DNA from: Thermoplasmatota archaeon
GTDB taxonomy: Archaea; Thermoplasmatota; Penumbrarchaeia; Penumbrarchaeales; Penumbrarchaeaceae
NCBI GenBank assembly: GCA_965234725.1
Contig: CBDDUX010000040.1
Coordinates: 5,749-69,748 of the forward strand
Reading direction: 5' to 3'
DNA: 64,000 bases
Shown piece after piece: positions 50,425 to 59,630 of the stretch. Numbering within the stretch: position 1 is the stretch's first letter; each line of letters starts with the position of its first letter. The translations under genes were made by a program, and so were the position numbers. The notes beneath the pieces are model-generated. The model was given only the letters and a program-made list of their open reading frames with translations, was not told the DNA's origin and ran no database searches.

Positions 50425-50763
50425 GTGGAGATCGTAGTCCCGGAAGATTTGGATGTAAAACAGACCCCCCACAAGGTGGATGTAAGGTCCCTTTACGACC
50501 ATGAGAATGCACATGCGGTCCTCATCACCTTGAAGGAGGGGGAATCCCTCCTTCCCCACATCACTCCTGTGGATGTTTTCTTTTTCATCCACAGGGGGAA
50601 GGGGCAGGTAATGGTGGGTGATGAGGTGAAGGATGTAAGAGAAGGAATGCTAATTAAAAGCCCCAAGGACATTGTTCATTCCCTCATAAATCAAAAGGAT
50701 CCTATTTTTCAGGTTCTAGTTGTCAAAGCTCCAAGGCCCACGGATAAGACAAGGATCATTTGA
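50425..50763 (+). CDS. Cupin domain protein
   Basis: GESLLPHITPVDVFF...G...PKDIVHSLIN cupin motifs; follows hcp. Confidence 0.88.
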   Translation: MEIVVPEDLDVKQTPHKVDVRSLYDHENAHAVLITLKEGESLLPHITPVDVFFFIHRGKGQVMVGDEVKDVREGMLIKSPKDIVHSLINQKDPIFQVLVVKAPRPTDKTRII

Positions 50764-50764
50764 A
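50720..50764 (+). repeat. Direct repeat, copy 1 (3' end of the cupin gene)
   Basis: TTGTCAAAGCTCCAAGGCCCACGGATAAGACAAGGATCATTTGAA; 42/45 identical to 54730-54774. Confidence 0.9.
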
Positions 50765-50923
50765 AGGACCTTCGCTTTTATGGGGATAGTAAAAGAATCA
50801 TTCCAATCCTTATTTGTAGATAAGTTTGAAATAATATCTTTATGTTTGATAGAACTGTAAGATTAATATTATGGGGGGGATGTTAAGATCATATCCTAGA
50901 GGCGAATGTTTTTCAAGTTCTAA

Positions 50924-51034
50924 ATGGTCCTAACCCTGGTTCCTTTGCTAATGCTTCCATTATCAAACCTTTTGATCCAGGGAGAAGGTACTGCTGAATC
51001 GGGTCGACCTCCAACACCTCCGAGGAATCTGTAG
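50924..51034 (+). pseudogene. Remnant of a secreted FN3-type gene (signal peptide plus start of a domain)
   Basis: MVLTLVPLLMLPLSNLLIQGEGTAESGRPPTPPRNL*; PPTPPRNL is a typical FN3 domain opening. Confidence 0.45.
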
Positions 51035-51141
51035 GGATTTTTAGTAAAAGATGCGTTTCAATTCACCTAAATAGACAATATTGAAATAGTGTTGACATTG
51101 TTTAAACGATTGCAGGTTCACGGAAGAAAGGAGATATCCTG

Positions 51142-52314
51142 ATGATCAAGATAATTAGAAGATCATTTCACCTGATCCCCTTGATCACTCTAATTTCACT
51201 TTCCTTTTCCTCTGGCCTTTATGTTTCCAATTCAAAAGCCGAGGATCAAGAGGATGTTGGATTGCATGTTCCCAATGTTCCCCTGAATCCTGTTGGTTTT
51301 GCAGAGATCGAATATTGTGAATTGACCTGGGATCCTCCGATGGGACATGAGAATAATTCCTTGATCGGTTACAGAATATACCGTGGAACTACATACAACA
51401 GTGATCATTTTTTCAAGGATATCGGACCAAATGAAACCAGATTCGTTGACACAGATGTCCATTTTGTAGGAGGATATTACTACTGGGTTTCAGCATTCAA
51501 TTCCCATGGTGAATCTGACAAGGTTAAATTCGATTGGTTACTACCAATATTACCTCCTACGAAACCAGGTAATGTAAAGATCACTAAGTCAGAAGATAGT
51601 TTGAAGTTGGAGTGGAAAAAATCGTCTCAGAATGTAAAGTTCAAGGTTCAATATTTGATCATGAGGTCTACTAATTATGAAGAGAGATTCAGCAACATCG
51701 GAATTGTGAACCACAATCATATGGCCGAAATCCATTACTTTTATGATTCTTATTTGATCAGAGGGAATACATATTCATACAAGATAATTGCAGAGAACGA
51801 TCATGGATTGAGAAATGAAAGTGAGGTAGTGACAATAGATCTCAAAGGACCTCCAACAAGTGTTAACGGATTATATGTAAGAGATACTGAAAACTCTATC
51901 ACTTTAATGTGGGATAAACCTGCCAATAATGGGGGAAGCGACGTCCTGGGTTATATTATACAGAAGGGAAGGAATTATGACGATCAGGTCGAAGTTGACA
52001 GACTTCCTGCTGATGTGAGGACCTGGGAAGACCCCGATCCATGGACAGACAGACCAAATTACTACCTGGTCATTCCCTATAATATTCATGGAGAAGGGGA
52101 TGAATATCATGCTTATGCTGATCTTTCAGATGATGAGATCCCGGAGGATATGATAAGCTGTTTCGCTGTATTATTTGCTATTATGATCATTCCTGGATTC
52201 ATTACCGCAGCTATAGCCCAAGGTTATGATAAGAAGAAAAGAAATGAGAAAAAGGAGAAAATGGAAGCAGAACTTGAAGGAAAGGGAATTGAAAATAAGA
52301 CGGAGGAGAAATAA
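51142..52314 (+). CDS. Membrane-anchored protein with three fibronectin type III domains
   Basis: LTWDPP..IGYRIYR..YWVSAFN..GES; LEWK..YSYKIIAEN; LMWDKPANNGGSDVLGYII; C-terminal TM. Confidence 0.88.
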   Translation: MIKIIRRSFHLIPLITLISLSFSSGLYVSNSKAEDQEDVGLHVPNVPLNPVGFAEIEYCELTWDPPMGHENNSLIGYRIYRGTTYNSDHFFKDIGPNETRFVDTDVHFVGGYYYWVSAFNSHGESDKVKFDWLLPILPPTKPGNVKITKSEDSLKLEWKKSSQNVKFKVQYLIMRSTNYEERFSNIGIVNHNHMAEIHYFYDSYLIRGNTYSYKIIAENDHGLRNESEVVTIDLKGPPTSVNGLYVRDTENSITLMWDKPANNGGSDVLGYIIQKGRNYDDQVEVDRLPADVRTWEDPDPWTDRPNYYLVIPYNIHGEGDEYHAYADLSDDEIPEDMISCFAVLFAIMIIPGFITAAIAQGYDKKKRNEKKEKMEAELEGKGIENKTEEK

Positions 52315-52949
52315 TGGTATCCAGGAGAATATCTATCCTGATATCCGCTCTCCTTCTTGTATTGATATTGATCCCTGGTTCACAAGGAGCCTCATCTTCG
52401 GAGGTATATACCTTTGAAACCACAAATGTAAGTGGGAATACTATCCTCTCCATGTCAGTTCCTGATGTGATATATCAGGATATCAGTATTGTATTCGATA
52501 TCATGGAGATTGACAGAAATGTGACTAGCATAGATTTTACAATGACAAATGGTGAATTGGGATATCTCGACGAATATGATATGGAGAGATCAGCAAAGCA
52601 TCCAGATGCATATTAAAGGTGGGATGGCCAAGAGAATGGTGACCTTTTAGGTACCGATAACAGCTATAGAGAGACTGTTGGATTCATCATATATGGAGAA
52701 TATCTGGACAAAGATTTTGAAATGATCCTGAATTTACAGATAAAAAACGGATCCCAGGTCCTCTATACCGAGACACATTCATTTTGGGTAATCGGGGAAC
52801 CAATTGTCATTGAAGGTTACGATCCGAATGGGGATCTGGACTTATTCAATATGTATACGACGGTTTTCGTTATCTCTCTAGCAATTTGGATCGTTATCAT
52901 CTTCTTTGCAATTCTTATTAGAAAGATTGTGAAGGGGGAGAGAAAATGA
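52314..52949 (+). pseudogene. Secreted/membrane-anchored protein gene interrupted by one in-frame TAA
   Basis: Track ORFs 52314-52616 and 52722-52949 are in the same frame. The sequence between reads AY*RWDGQENGDLLGTDNSYRETVGFIIYGEYLDKDFEMILN with no other stop. Signal peptide at the start, TM at the end. Confidence 0.8.
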
Positions 52950-53719
52950 TAGAGTTGTGTCTTCTACTCATTTTTACATCACCCTTCATCTATTACGGAG
53001 TAGCCATCAATTATTACCTTAAGAATAAAGAAGCCAGGACCTTCTTACAGTTAGTGGTCTTCCCACTCCCAGCCATGGTTTTCATCAGTTTTCTTCTCTA
53101 TGAATTATTCAAAAGCCCAGACCACTATGATAAGCTAATAAACATCCTCATATGGATCACAGTTCCAATTGGATTGGGGATAATTGTCCATGCTATCTTT
53201 GAAAAGGACCTGTCAAGATTCTCCTTTCTCACAAGGATACCATCGGCTTTGATCCTGATCTTTATTCCATTTATTATCTTCGAACCTGATCTATTTGAGA
53301 TGATAGCTCCATGGGCTTTTGCAGTTGCTGGAGCATTGATTGGGATCTATGGTTATGTAAAATTTTACAAGGGAAAGAAGATAGGGCTTCTGTATGGATA
53401 TCTGGCTATCTTCTTTTTTGTTGCAGCACCTTTGATCTGCATGGCGATCTCAATAGCATATTTCGAGATAGCGAAGGATAATGTGATCTACAGAAGGTCC
53501 AGCTGGGGGAGTGAATCATGTCATGATGTTGCATTTCCAATTTTCATATTGGAAGAAGGATTCATCAAACCTCTTCTTTTTTCAGCCGGATATCTTGGTC
53601 TGATGGGTATTGTTGCAGGAATCAGAAAGAAGGCACTTGAGAAGGAGCTAAGGAAAGAAGGATTGATCCCGGAAGAATTCGATAAGGTTCTGAAGGCGAA
53701 GGAGAAGGATGATGACTAA
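52946..53719 (+). CDS. Polytopic membrane protein (about 7 TM), unknown function
   Basis: Multiple hydrophobic segments; ATGA overlap with the upstream gene and overlap with the radical SAM gene. Confidence 0.8.
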   Translation: MIELCLLLIFTSPFIYYGVAINYYLKNKEARTFLQLVVFPLPAMVFISFLLYELFKSPDHYDKLINILIWITVPIGLGIIVHAIFEKDLSRFSFLTRIPSALILIFIPFIIFEPDLFEMIAPWAFAVAGALIGIYGYVKFYKGKKIGLLYGYLAIFFFVAAPLICMAISIAYFEIAKDNVIYRRSSWGSESCHDVAFPIFILEEGFIKPLLFSAGYLGLMGIVAGIRKKALEKELRKEGLIPEEFDKVLKAKEKDDD

Positions 53720-54704
53720 GATCACTCTCATTCAGGTCGTTCTTGAGGTAACTTACAGATGCGATTCAGCCTGTGTATTCTGTTACAACTGCTGGAAAGA
53801 TGATTATGATCCAGGTCCTGAGTTGAGTGTTGATGAATGGCGACCATTGATAGAGAAGATGCCGGATGTTAAAAGATATACAATTTCAGGTGGAGAACCT
53901 CTTCTGAGAAAGGACCTTTTCGATCTGATCGACCTTCTTCAGGAGAAGGTCGAACACGTTTCTGTATTGACAAATGGTATCCTGCTAGATGATAAGTGGG
54001 CAAAGGGATTCAAGAAGAGAGGGGTTTTTGTTCAGGTTCCTCTTCATGGATTAGAACAGACCCATGATGAATTGGTCGGTGTGAAAGGTGGATTCAGAAA
54101 GGCTGTGAGAGGGATAGCTTATCTGAAGAAACATGGACTTGATTATGCCGTATCCGTTGTTGGTAATAAGAAAAATATTGGTGAGATCAAGAAAGTATTC
54201 GAACTTGGGGTTGCTCTTGGAGCTTCTGAACTGTTGGCCATCAGGTTCCTCCCCGGAGGAGAGGGATTGAGAAACACTGACCTCATGTTGAATGCTGAAG
54301 AATACGGAAGATTTTTATTTGAATTCGACAAGATCCTGAACCGATACAGGATTTATGGAAACATGGGTGTCCCGAACATACCCTGTAAATTCCCAGAGGA
54401 TAAGTTCAAAGCTCTTTATATGACGGGTTGTAGCGCTGGTGTAAATTGGGTGACTCTGGATCCAACAGGTAGAGTCCGGGTATGCAATCATTCCCCTACC
54501 ATTCTCGGTGACCTGAGAGAACAGGATTTCGAAGAGATATGGGAAAATCCGATCCTGAAAGAATTCAGGGATGGAAAGATGATACCAAAAGAATGCAATG
54601 GCTGTGATAAGATTGATAAATGCAGAGGAGGGTGTAGAGCAGTCGCTGAAACCCTTTATGGAGATTGGAAAGCTCCCGATCCATTATTCAAATTATTGCC
54701 GTGA
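53709..54704 (+). CDS. Radical SAM protein with SPASM domain
   Basis: CDSACVFC, SGGEPLLR, TNG; CSAG..DPTGRVRVC..LGDL..IW..CNGCDKIDKCRGGC. Confidence 0.92.
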   Translation: MMTKITLIQVVLEVTYRCDSACVFCYNCWKDDYDPGPELSVDEWRPLIEKMPDVKRYTISGGEPLLRKDLFDLIDLLQEKVEHVSVLTNGILLDDKWAKGFKKRGVFVQVPLHGLEQTHDELVGVKGGFRKAVRGIAYLKKHGLDYAVSVVGNKKNIGEIKKVFELGVALGASELLAIRFLPGGEGLRNTDLMLNAEEYGRFLFEFDKILNRYRIYGNMGVPNIPCKFPEDKFKALYMTGCSAGVNWVTLDPTGRVRVCNHSPTILGDLREQDFEEIWENPILKEFRDGKMIPKECNGCDKIDKCRGGCRAVAETLYGDWKAPDPLFKLLP

Positions 54705-54729
54705 AAAATAATGAATGTATTAAGAGTCC

Positions 54730-54774
54730 TTGTGAAAGCTCCAAGACCCACGGATAAGACAAGGATCCTTTGAA
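54730..54774 (+). repeat. Direct repeat, copy 2 (orphan cupin 3' end)
   Basis: TTGTGAAAGCTCCAAGACCCACGGATAAGACAAGGATCCTTTGAA encodes VKAPRPTDKTRIL*. Confidence 0.9.
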
Positions 54775-54912
54775 TTCTTCTACATTATTAACAAGCTTTA
54801 GACCAGTCCCAATGGGAAATGAAAATGATTTTTCTTTATAATAATTCAATATTCCCTATCCATCATGTTGGAAAAAGATTATTATATTCCTAAGCACAAT
54901 GGATATGTTGAG

Positions 54913-54999
54913 ATGTCCGAAGACGAAAGAAAACGAGATCTTGAGGTGATCAGGAAACTCCTTGACGAGCATGAGGATATGCTCGTTTCATTGAGTTAA
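54913..54999 (+). CDS. 28-aa putative Doc antitoxin-like micro-ORF
   Basis: MSEDERKRDLEVIRKLLDEHEDMLVSLS*; A-rich/TTATTATA promoter-like element about 30 nt upstream; stop overlaps the Doc stop. Confidence 0.55.
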   Translation: MSEDERKRDLEVIRKLLDEHEDMLVSLS

Positions 55000-55439
55000 A
55001 TCAAATGCTCCTCAATGAATTCTCTACATAGTTCATCCACATCATTTCTTTCTTCTACAAGCACATCAACACTATGTGATCCGTAGTGTCCGTATGTTTT
55101 CAATCTCAGAGAATACATTTTTTTCTGGAATTCCACTGCATCCGTATCAGAATAATGCAGATTTCTACCGTTTTTAATAAGGAAAAGTGTTGCCGAGATC
55201 AAAGCTGTTCTATGGTTTGCGTCAGGAAACGATTGGAGAAGAATGATATTCTTAAGATAATAAGAAGCAATATTGATGAGATCTCCATCTGGCGAATATC
55301 TTATCAAGCATTCTATGTTTGATTTGAGAATCGGATATTCGAATCTGCTTCCATATTCAATCTGATCGTTTTCGAGAGACCTCTGATATATCTCCTCATT
55401 GATGTCGATGATCGTCTCCAATTCCAGTTTCTCAATCAT
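54996..55439 (-). CDS. Fic/Doc family protein
   Basis: IIDINEEI N-helix, IASYYLKNII, LQSFPDANHRTALI (Doc motif with His replaced by Gln), FLIKNG; ATG 55439 preferred. Confidence 0.85.
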   Translation of the reverse strand: MIEKLELETIIDINEEIYQRSLENDQIEYGSRFEYPILKSNIECLIRYSPDGDLINIASYYLKNIILLQSFPDANHRTALISATLFLIKNGRNLHYSDTDAVEFQKKMYSLRLKTYGHYGSHSVDVLVEERNDVDELCREFIEEHLI

Positions 55440-55583
55440 CAATAGAAAAGGAGAATGTAGATAATAAAAGTGTGTCAATATAATTGAAGGGTCACATTTC
55501 CAAAATATTATATGCCAAACCGATCATAATGATATTGGAATTTGAGTTGAGAGTTCCAATTCGATCGTGCATGGTGATCAATA

Positions 55584-57695
55584 TTGGGAGATGTTAGAAG
55601 ATCCGCATATAGAGAACCGGTCACACCCGAAGGTATTCGGGGAATCGAGAACAGGACCCTTGAGAGGTTCGACGATGATATGTTCGCCAATCTCAATACC
55701 GGGGTCCTTGAACAGTATCTTGAGGACAGGAACCGGACGGAGTCGTTTGAATTATCTCATTTCAACCTGAAAAAGGTCCTGTTGATGATCATTTTGGTAG
55801 GGCTACCGTTCACTTTGATCACCCAGTACGCGACCCTAAAAACCGGTGTAATGCTCGGCGGGGCCTTCTATATTACTTACATCATCGGTCTGGGATTGAA
55901 ATGGTCCCCCACTGAGATCAATATTTCAGCAGGAGCTGCAACAGCCGCTGAGAAGACGATTACAGGTTTCGTTTTCACTTTTCCTGCGATCTACATCCTT
56001 GCTAGTGCAGGATTCCTGGGCGATTATGAGATTGTAAGCGGTGGAAGTTTCTCTTCCTTTCCTATGATGATGTTGATAATCATCTGTTCAATAGTATCAT
56101 CATTCCTTGGATTGATGTACATGGTGGTCCTGAGAAGATTATGGATCGTCGAGGACCCCCTTCCCACCCCTGGATTCCAGGCAACCGTAAAGTTACTGCA
56201 CATATCAGATACAATTAGATTGGGTGGAACTTACGAATTGAAAGGAACATTTAAAAAGATCGGGTATTCCGTACTTGGAATGGTATTACTTGGTACAGTT
56301 ACAGACCTTCCATTGATCAAGATAGGGAAATATGTCAAACCATTGATAGATGGACTTTTCCATTCTGTTAACCTTGGTAGATGGATCAATGATGGTATTA
56401 TAAGGACCCCTCCAAGGGTATCGGTCCTTTCTCGACCTTCGTTTGAGATCTCCGGTCTTCTATTTGCAGTAGGCTGGTTCTTGAGAAAAAAAGGAGCTGC
56501 AGTGATACTTTTTGGATCACTACTCTCCTGGTTCGTTATGGTCCCATCAGCAGTGATCCTTGGTCTTCCCATCGAGGTCAACCCTATAGATGATTCAGGG
56601 CCAATGACCATTAGACTTAATGATCTAAGCTATAATGACTTCCCACTTTTTGGGTTAAATATCAACTCTTCTGTCTCCGAGGTAGCTTTTGGTAATTATA
56701 TTCATCCAGTTGCAATTGGTGTGATCCTGGGAGCAGGATTGGTGGCAATATTCAAGGTACTTCCTGGATTGACCTCTATCCTTAGAAGGTCAAGAAAAAC
56801 CGATTCAATGGGAGATCCAGGAATTGAAAGAAACGAAGAGAGATATGAAGTGCCGAAGAGATTCGTCATCCCGGCTGTCCTTGCTGCTTTCCTTACGATC
56901 ATATTGACTTTCCCATTGTTTGGTGGATTTGATATCTTCAGCTCCGTCATATTGGGTCTGGTCCTTATACCGATCACGATTTTTCTGAGTGCTGTTAGTG
57001 TTAAGATCATAGGAGAGATCGGTCTTTCTCCAACATCCATTATATCGATCCTCCTGGTATTCGTGCTCATTATTATCCTAAGGATGTTGTTATCACCTTC
57101 CGGTGATGAAAGATGGGATATTGTCCTAATGGTTCTCCTCTCAACAACAATATTTCTCTGCACAATGGCCCTATCCGCTGATCTGATCCTTGATTTCAAG
57201 GCTGGATTGTATGCAGGAACAAGGCCCTATCATTTGATGAAAGGTCAAACAATTGGGATCTTGTTGGGTATCTCATTTGCGGGTTTCTTTGCTTACCTTT
57301 TATCTGGACTCGTTATTAAGGGCCCCGGATTGGCCCCTCAAGCAAGGATGCTTGCCGATACCGTGGTCTGGGTAATTAGCGGAGAAATACCATGGAATCT
57401 ATTGGGTTTGGGTTTATTCATTGGTATCTTTGTTGAACTTCTGACCGGATTGGGAACTGCATTTGCCATCGGTATGTTCGTCCCATTCCAAATCCCTCTT
57501 GGAATATTTATCGGAGCAGCGGGAAGGGACCTCTGGGAGAAGAAATGGTTGATGAAAAAGGCCCGGACATTCAGATGGACCGATCGGGAGATTACGATAA
57601 AGACCCTGGATTCATACATGGTAATGGTCGGTCTGATCATCGGAGAGGCTCTTTTCGGGGCGGTCTCAGCAATTTTCCTGATATTGACAACCTGA
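55584..57695 (+). CDS. OPT/YSL family oligopeptide transporter
   Basis: YATLKTG, EINIS, GFVFTFPA, LPTPG, DLILDFKAG..GTRP..Q, APQARM, FAIGMFVP, GLIIGEAL; many TMs. Confidence 0.88.
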   Translation: MGDVRRSAYREPVTPEGIRGIENRTLERFDDDMFANLNTGVLEQYLEDRNRTESFELSHFNLKKVLLMIILVGLPFTLITQYATLKTGVMLGGAFYITYIIGLGLKWSPTEINISAGAATAAEKTITGFVFTFPAIYILASAGFLGDYEIVSGGSFSSFPMMMLIIICSIVSSFLGLMYMVVLRRLWIVEDPLPTPGFQATVKLLHISDTIRLGGTYELKGTFKKIGYSVLGMVLLGTVTDLPLIKIGKYVKPLIDGLFHSVNLGRWINDGIIRTPPRVSVLSRPSFEISGLLFAVGWFLRKKGAAVILFGSLLSWFVMVPSAVILGLPIEVNPIDDSGPMTIRLNDLSYNDFPLFGLNINSSVSEVAFGNYIHPVAIGVILGAGLVAIFKVLPGLTSILRRSRKTDSMGDPGIERNEERYEVPKRFVIPAVLAAFLTIILTFPLFGGFDIFSSVILGLVLIPITIFLSAVSVKIIGEIGLSPTSIISILLVFVLIIILRMLLSPSGDERWDIVLMVLLSTTIFLCTMALSADLILDFKAGLYAGTRPYHLMKGQTIGILLGISFAGFFAYLLSGLVIKGPGLAPQARMLADTVVWVISGEIPWNLLGLGLFIGIFVELLTGLGTAFAIGMFVPFQIPLGIFIGAAGRDLWEKKWLMKKARTFRWTDREITIKTLDSYMVMVGLIIGEALFGAVSAIFLILTT

Positions 57696-57825
57696 AGGAT
57701 CATATATACCATATTCGAAAGAGAACTTGGAAGGAAGATCCATGATTTTCAAGGCATTGGTTTGATTTTTATACCTTATATCATATTCAAAATGGGAATG
57801 ATCGAGGAAGGATAACGGTGGTCCT

Positions 57826-58575
57826 GTGATATTGAGTGTAATCTCCTTGATATTGGGTCTGGTCCTTGCAGGTATATCATATGGATTCGGGATCGCTCGA
57901 TTGAGGAAATGGAAGGCAATGAGGGATACACCGACCAGAAAAATAGTAGATATAGAGCCAGGAAGGGTCGAGGTGGAGGGGCGTCTTTCTCCTATTCCCG
58001 GAAGGCTCCTCAAAGGTCCTGTTTCGGGAAAACCATGCATCAGTTATGAGGTAAAGGTCCAGGAATATCATTCCAGTAAGAACGGGGGTCATTGGAGGAC
58101 CATACACAAAGAGAGAGAAGGTGGTCCTTTCCTGTTGAAGGATGATTCCGGTATGGTCGTTGTGGATCCCAAGGGTGGGAAGATGAGATCGGTCCTTTCA
58201 CTTTTTCAAAGACAGGGGACATTCAGTGAACTGAATGATTCAGCCAGGACCTATCTCGAATCAAGGAAGATCAGGAAAGAAGGCTTTTTTGGTATTTTCA
58301 ACAGGACACTCAGGATCCAGGAGAGTATAGTTCCTGTGGACAAATATCTCTATGTTCTCGGTGATGCCGTCGATATCGATATCCCGCGAGAGGTCAAGGA
58401 TAACTACCTTGTCAATCCCTTCACGATCAAGAAACGTGATCTTATGGTCCTCTCATATAAAGAAGAGGAGAAGACCTCCAAGGACCTCTTAAGCGGATCT
58501 ATTTTCTTGATCATTCTTGGAACATTGGCATTGATCGGGGGAATATATTTGACCACTCTGTTCTGGGGAATCTGA
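57826..58575 (+). CDS. GIDE-domain membrane protein
   Basis: N-terminal TM, DTPT, GRVEVEG, PVSGKPC, PFLLKDDSGMVVVDP, E..V....LYVLG, C-terminal TM. Confidence 0.8.
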   Translation: MILSVISLILGLVLAGISYGFGIARLRKWKAMRDTPTRKIVDIEPGRVEVEGRLSPIPGRLLKGPVSGKPCISYEVKVQEYHSSKNGGHWRTIHKEREGGPFLLKDDSGMVVVDPKGGKMRSVLSLFQRQGTFSELNDSARTYLESRKIRKEGFFGIFNRTLRIQESIVPVDKYLYVLGDAVDIDIPREVKDNYLVNPFTIKKRDLMVLSYKEEEKTSKDLLSGSIFLIILGTLALIGGIYLTTLFWGI

Positions 58576-58788
58576 GATATGACCTTGGCATAAACACCGT
58601 TAATAACTTGAGAGTTCAGAAAGAAGAGGATTGATGAGTGGGATATAGATGAACGATCCAAGAAATCATCTGACGTCCATATTCAATACAATCAATAGGA
58701 ATATTGAACAGAAACATTAAAAAAATGTCCATTTCCGTCACGAAGCCTCGGGGGGGAGTTAACTGTAAGAGGAGAGATTATTGTCTCA

Positions 58789-59361
58789 ATGGTGATAAAT
58801 ATCAATACTCTGAGTTTGAAGGATCTCAGTAAAAAGGATGTTGTGAACTCCGATGGGAACGTCATCGGGAGAATCGAGGGCGCAATAGTCACTAACCAGG
58901 GTAATGTAAATTTCCTTTCTGTGAAGTTGGAGAAGGATGTGGTCTCTGGTCTGAGGACCAAGCCTAACATACGACAGGACATAGAGATGAGGCAAATCGC
59001 AGGAATAATGGACAGAGTGGTGTTGAATCACCCACTGAACGGATTTGCAAAGTATTTCCGACAGCACAAAGAGAAACACGATGGGGAGCGGCTTATGGAG
59101 TTCACCGACACCAAAGAAGATTCCATTGGAACCGTCGAGGATCTGATGATCGAACAAGATTCATGGAAGGTTCCCGATATCCGCGAAAAGGTGAACACCA
59201 ATGAAAAGGAAGCCTTGGAAATGAAATCTATAAAGCCCGGCGGCGATGAAATCGCCATTTCTTTAAAAAGTATAAAAAATATCGGGGACATGGTTATGCT
59301 GAAAGTGACCTCCGATCACCTCAACGACATTTTGGAGTACCCTCTTCTAATAGGGGAATGA
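58789..59361 (+). CDS. Tandem PRC-barrel domain protein (second repeat degenerate)
   Basis: LSKKDVVNSDGNVIGRIE...IMDRVVL and IGTVEDLMIE...IKNIGDMVML. Confidence 0.75.
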   Translation: MVININTLSLKDLSKKDVVNSDGNVIGRIEGAIVTNQGNVNFLSVKLEKDVVSGLRTKPNIRQDIEMRQIAGIMDRVVLNHPLNGFAKYFRQHKEKHDGERLMEFTDTKEDSIGTVEDLMIEQDSWKVPDIREKVNTNEKEALEMKSIKPGGDEIAISLKSIKNIGDMVMLKVTSDHLNDILEYPLLIGE

Positions 59362-59630
59362 GAAGAACTTCGGCTTACAACACAACATCCCACCTTAAAA
59401 CCAGTAATAGAGAGATATTTCCCCGTTCGCAATTGAAATCCCTCTCTATCCATCCGAATAAAAAGGTGTTGGGGAGTAAATTAATATAATGATGGGATGG
59501 CAACCGCGGCTATGCGGTTATTCAAGGCAAAGAGATGATTTACGGGTTTTAACTGAAAATCTGATTATTGCAATCCAGATAGCCGAGGATAAGAGATGTT
59601 ACTAATAATTACTAAAATAATAGGATAGTA

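Larger units (their letters stand above)
50765..54729. mobile_element. Putative integrated islet (~4 kb) at the cupin 3' end; no integrase inside
   Basis: Bounded by 45-bp direct repeats 4010 bp apart; visibly more AT-rich codons than the flanking core genes; contains pseudogenes. Confidence 0.6.

Noticed and set aside
52614-52616. Recoding (Sec/Pyl) of the internal stop
   Set aside because: The codon is TAA, not TGA or TAG; no recoding machinery is visible.
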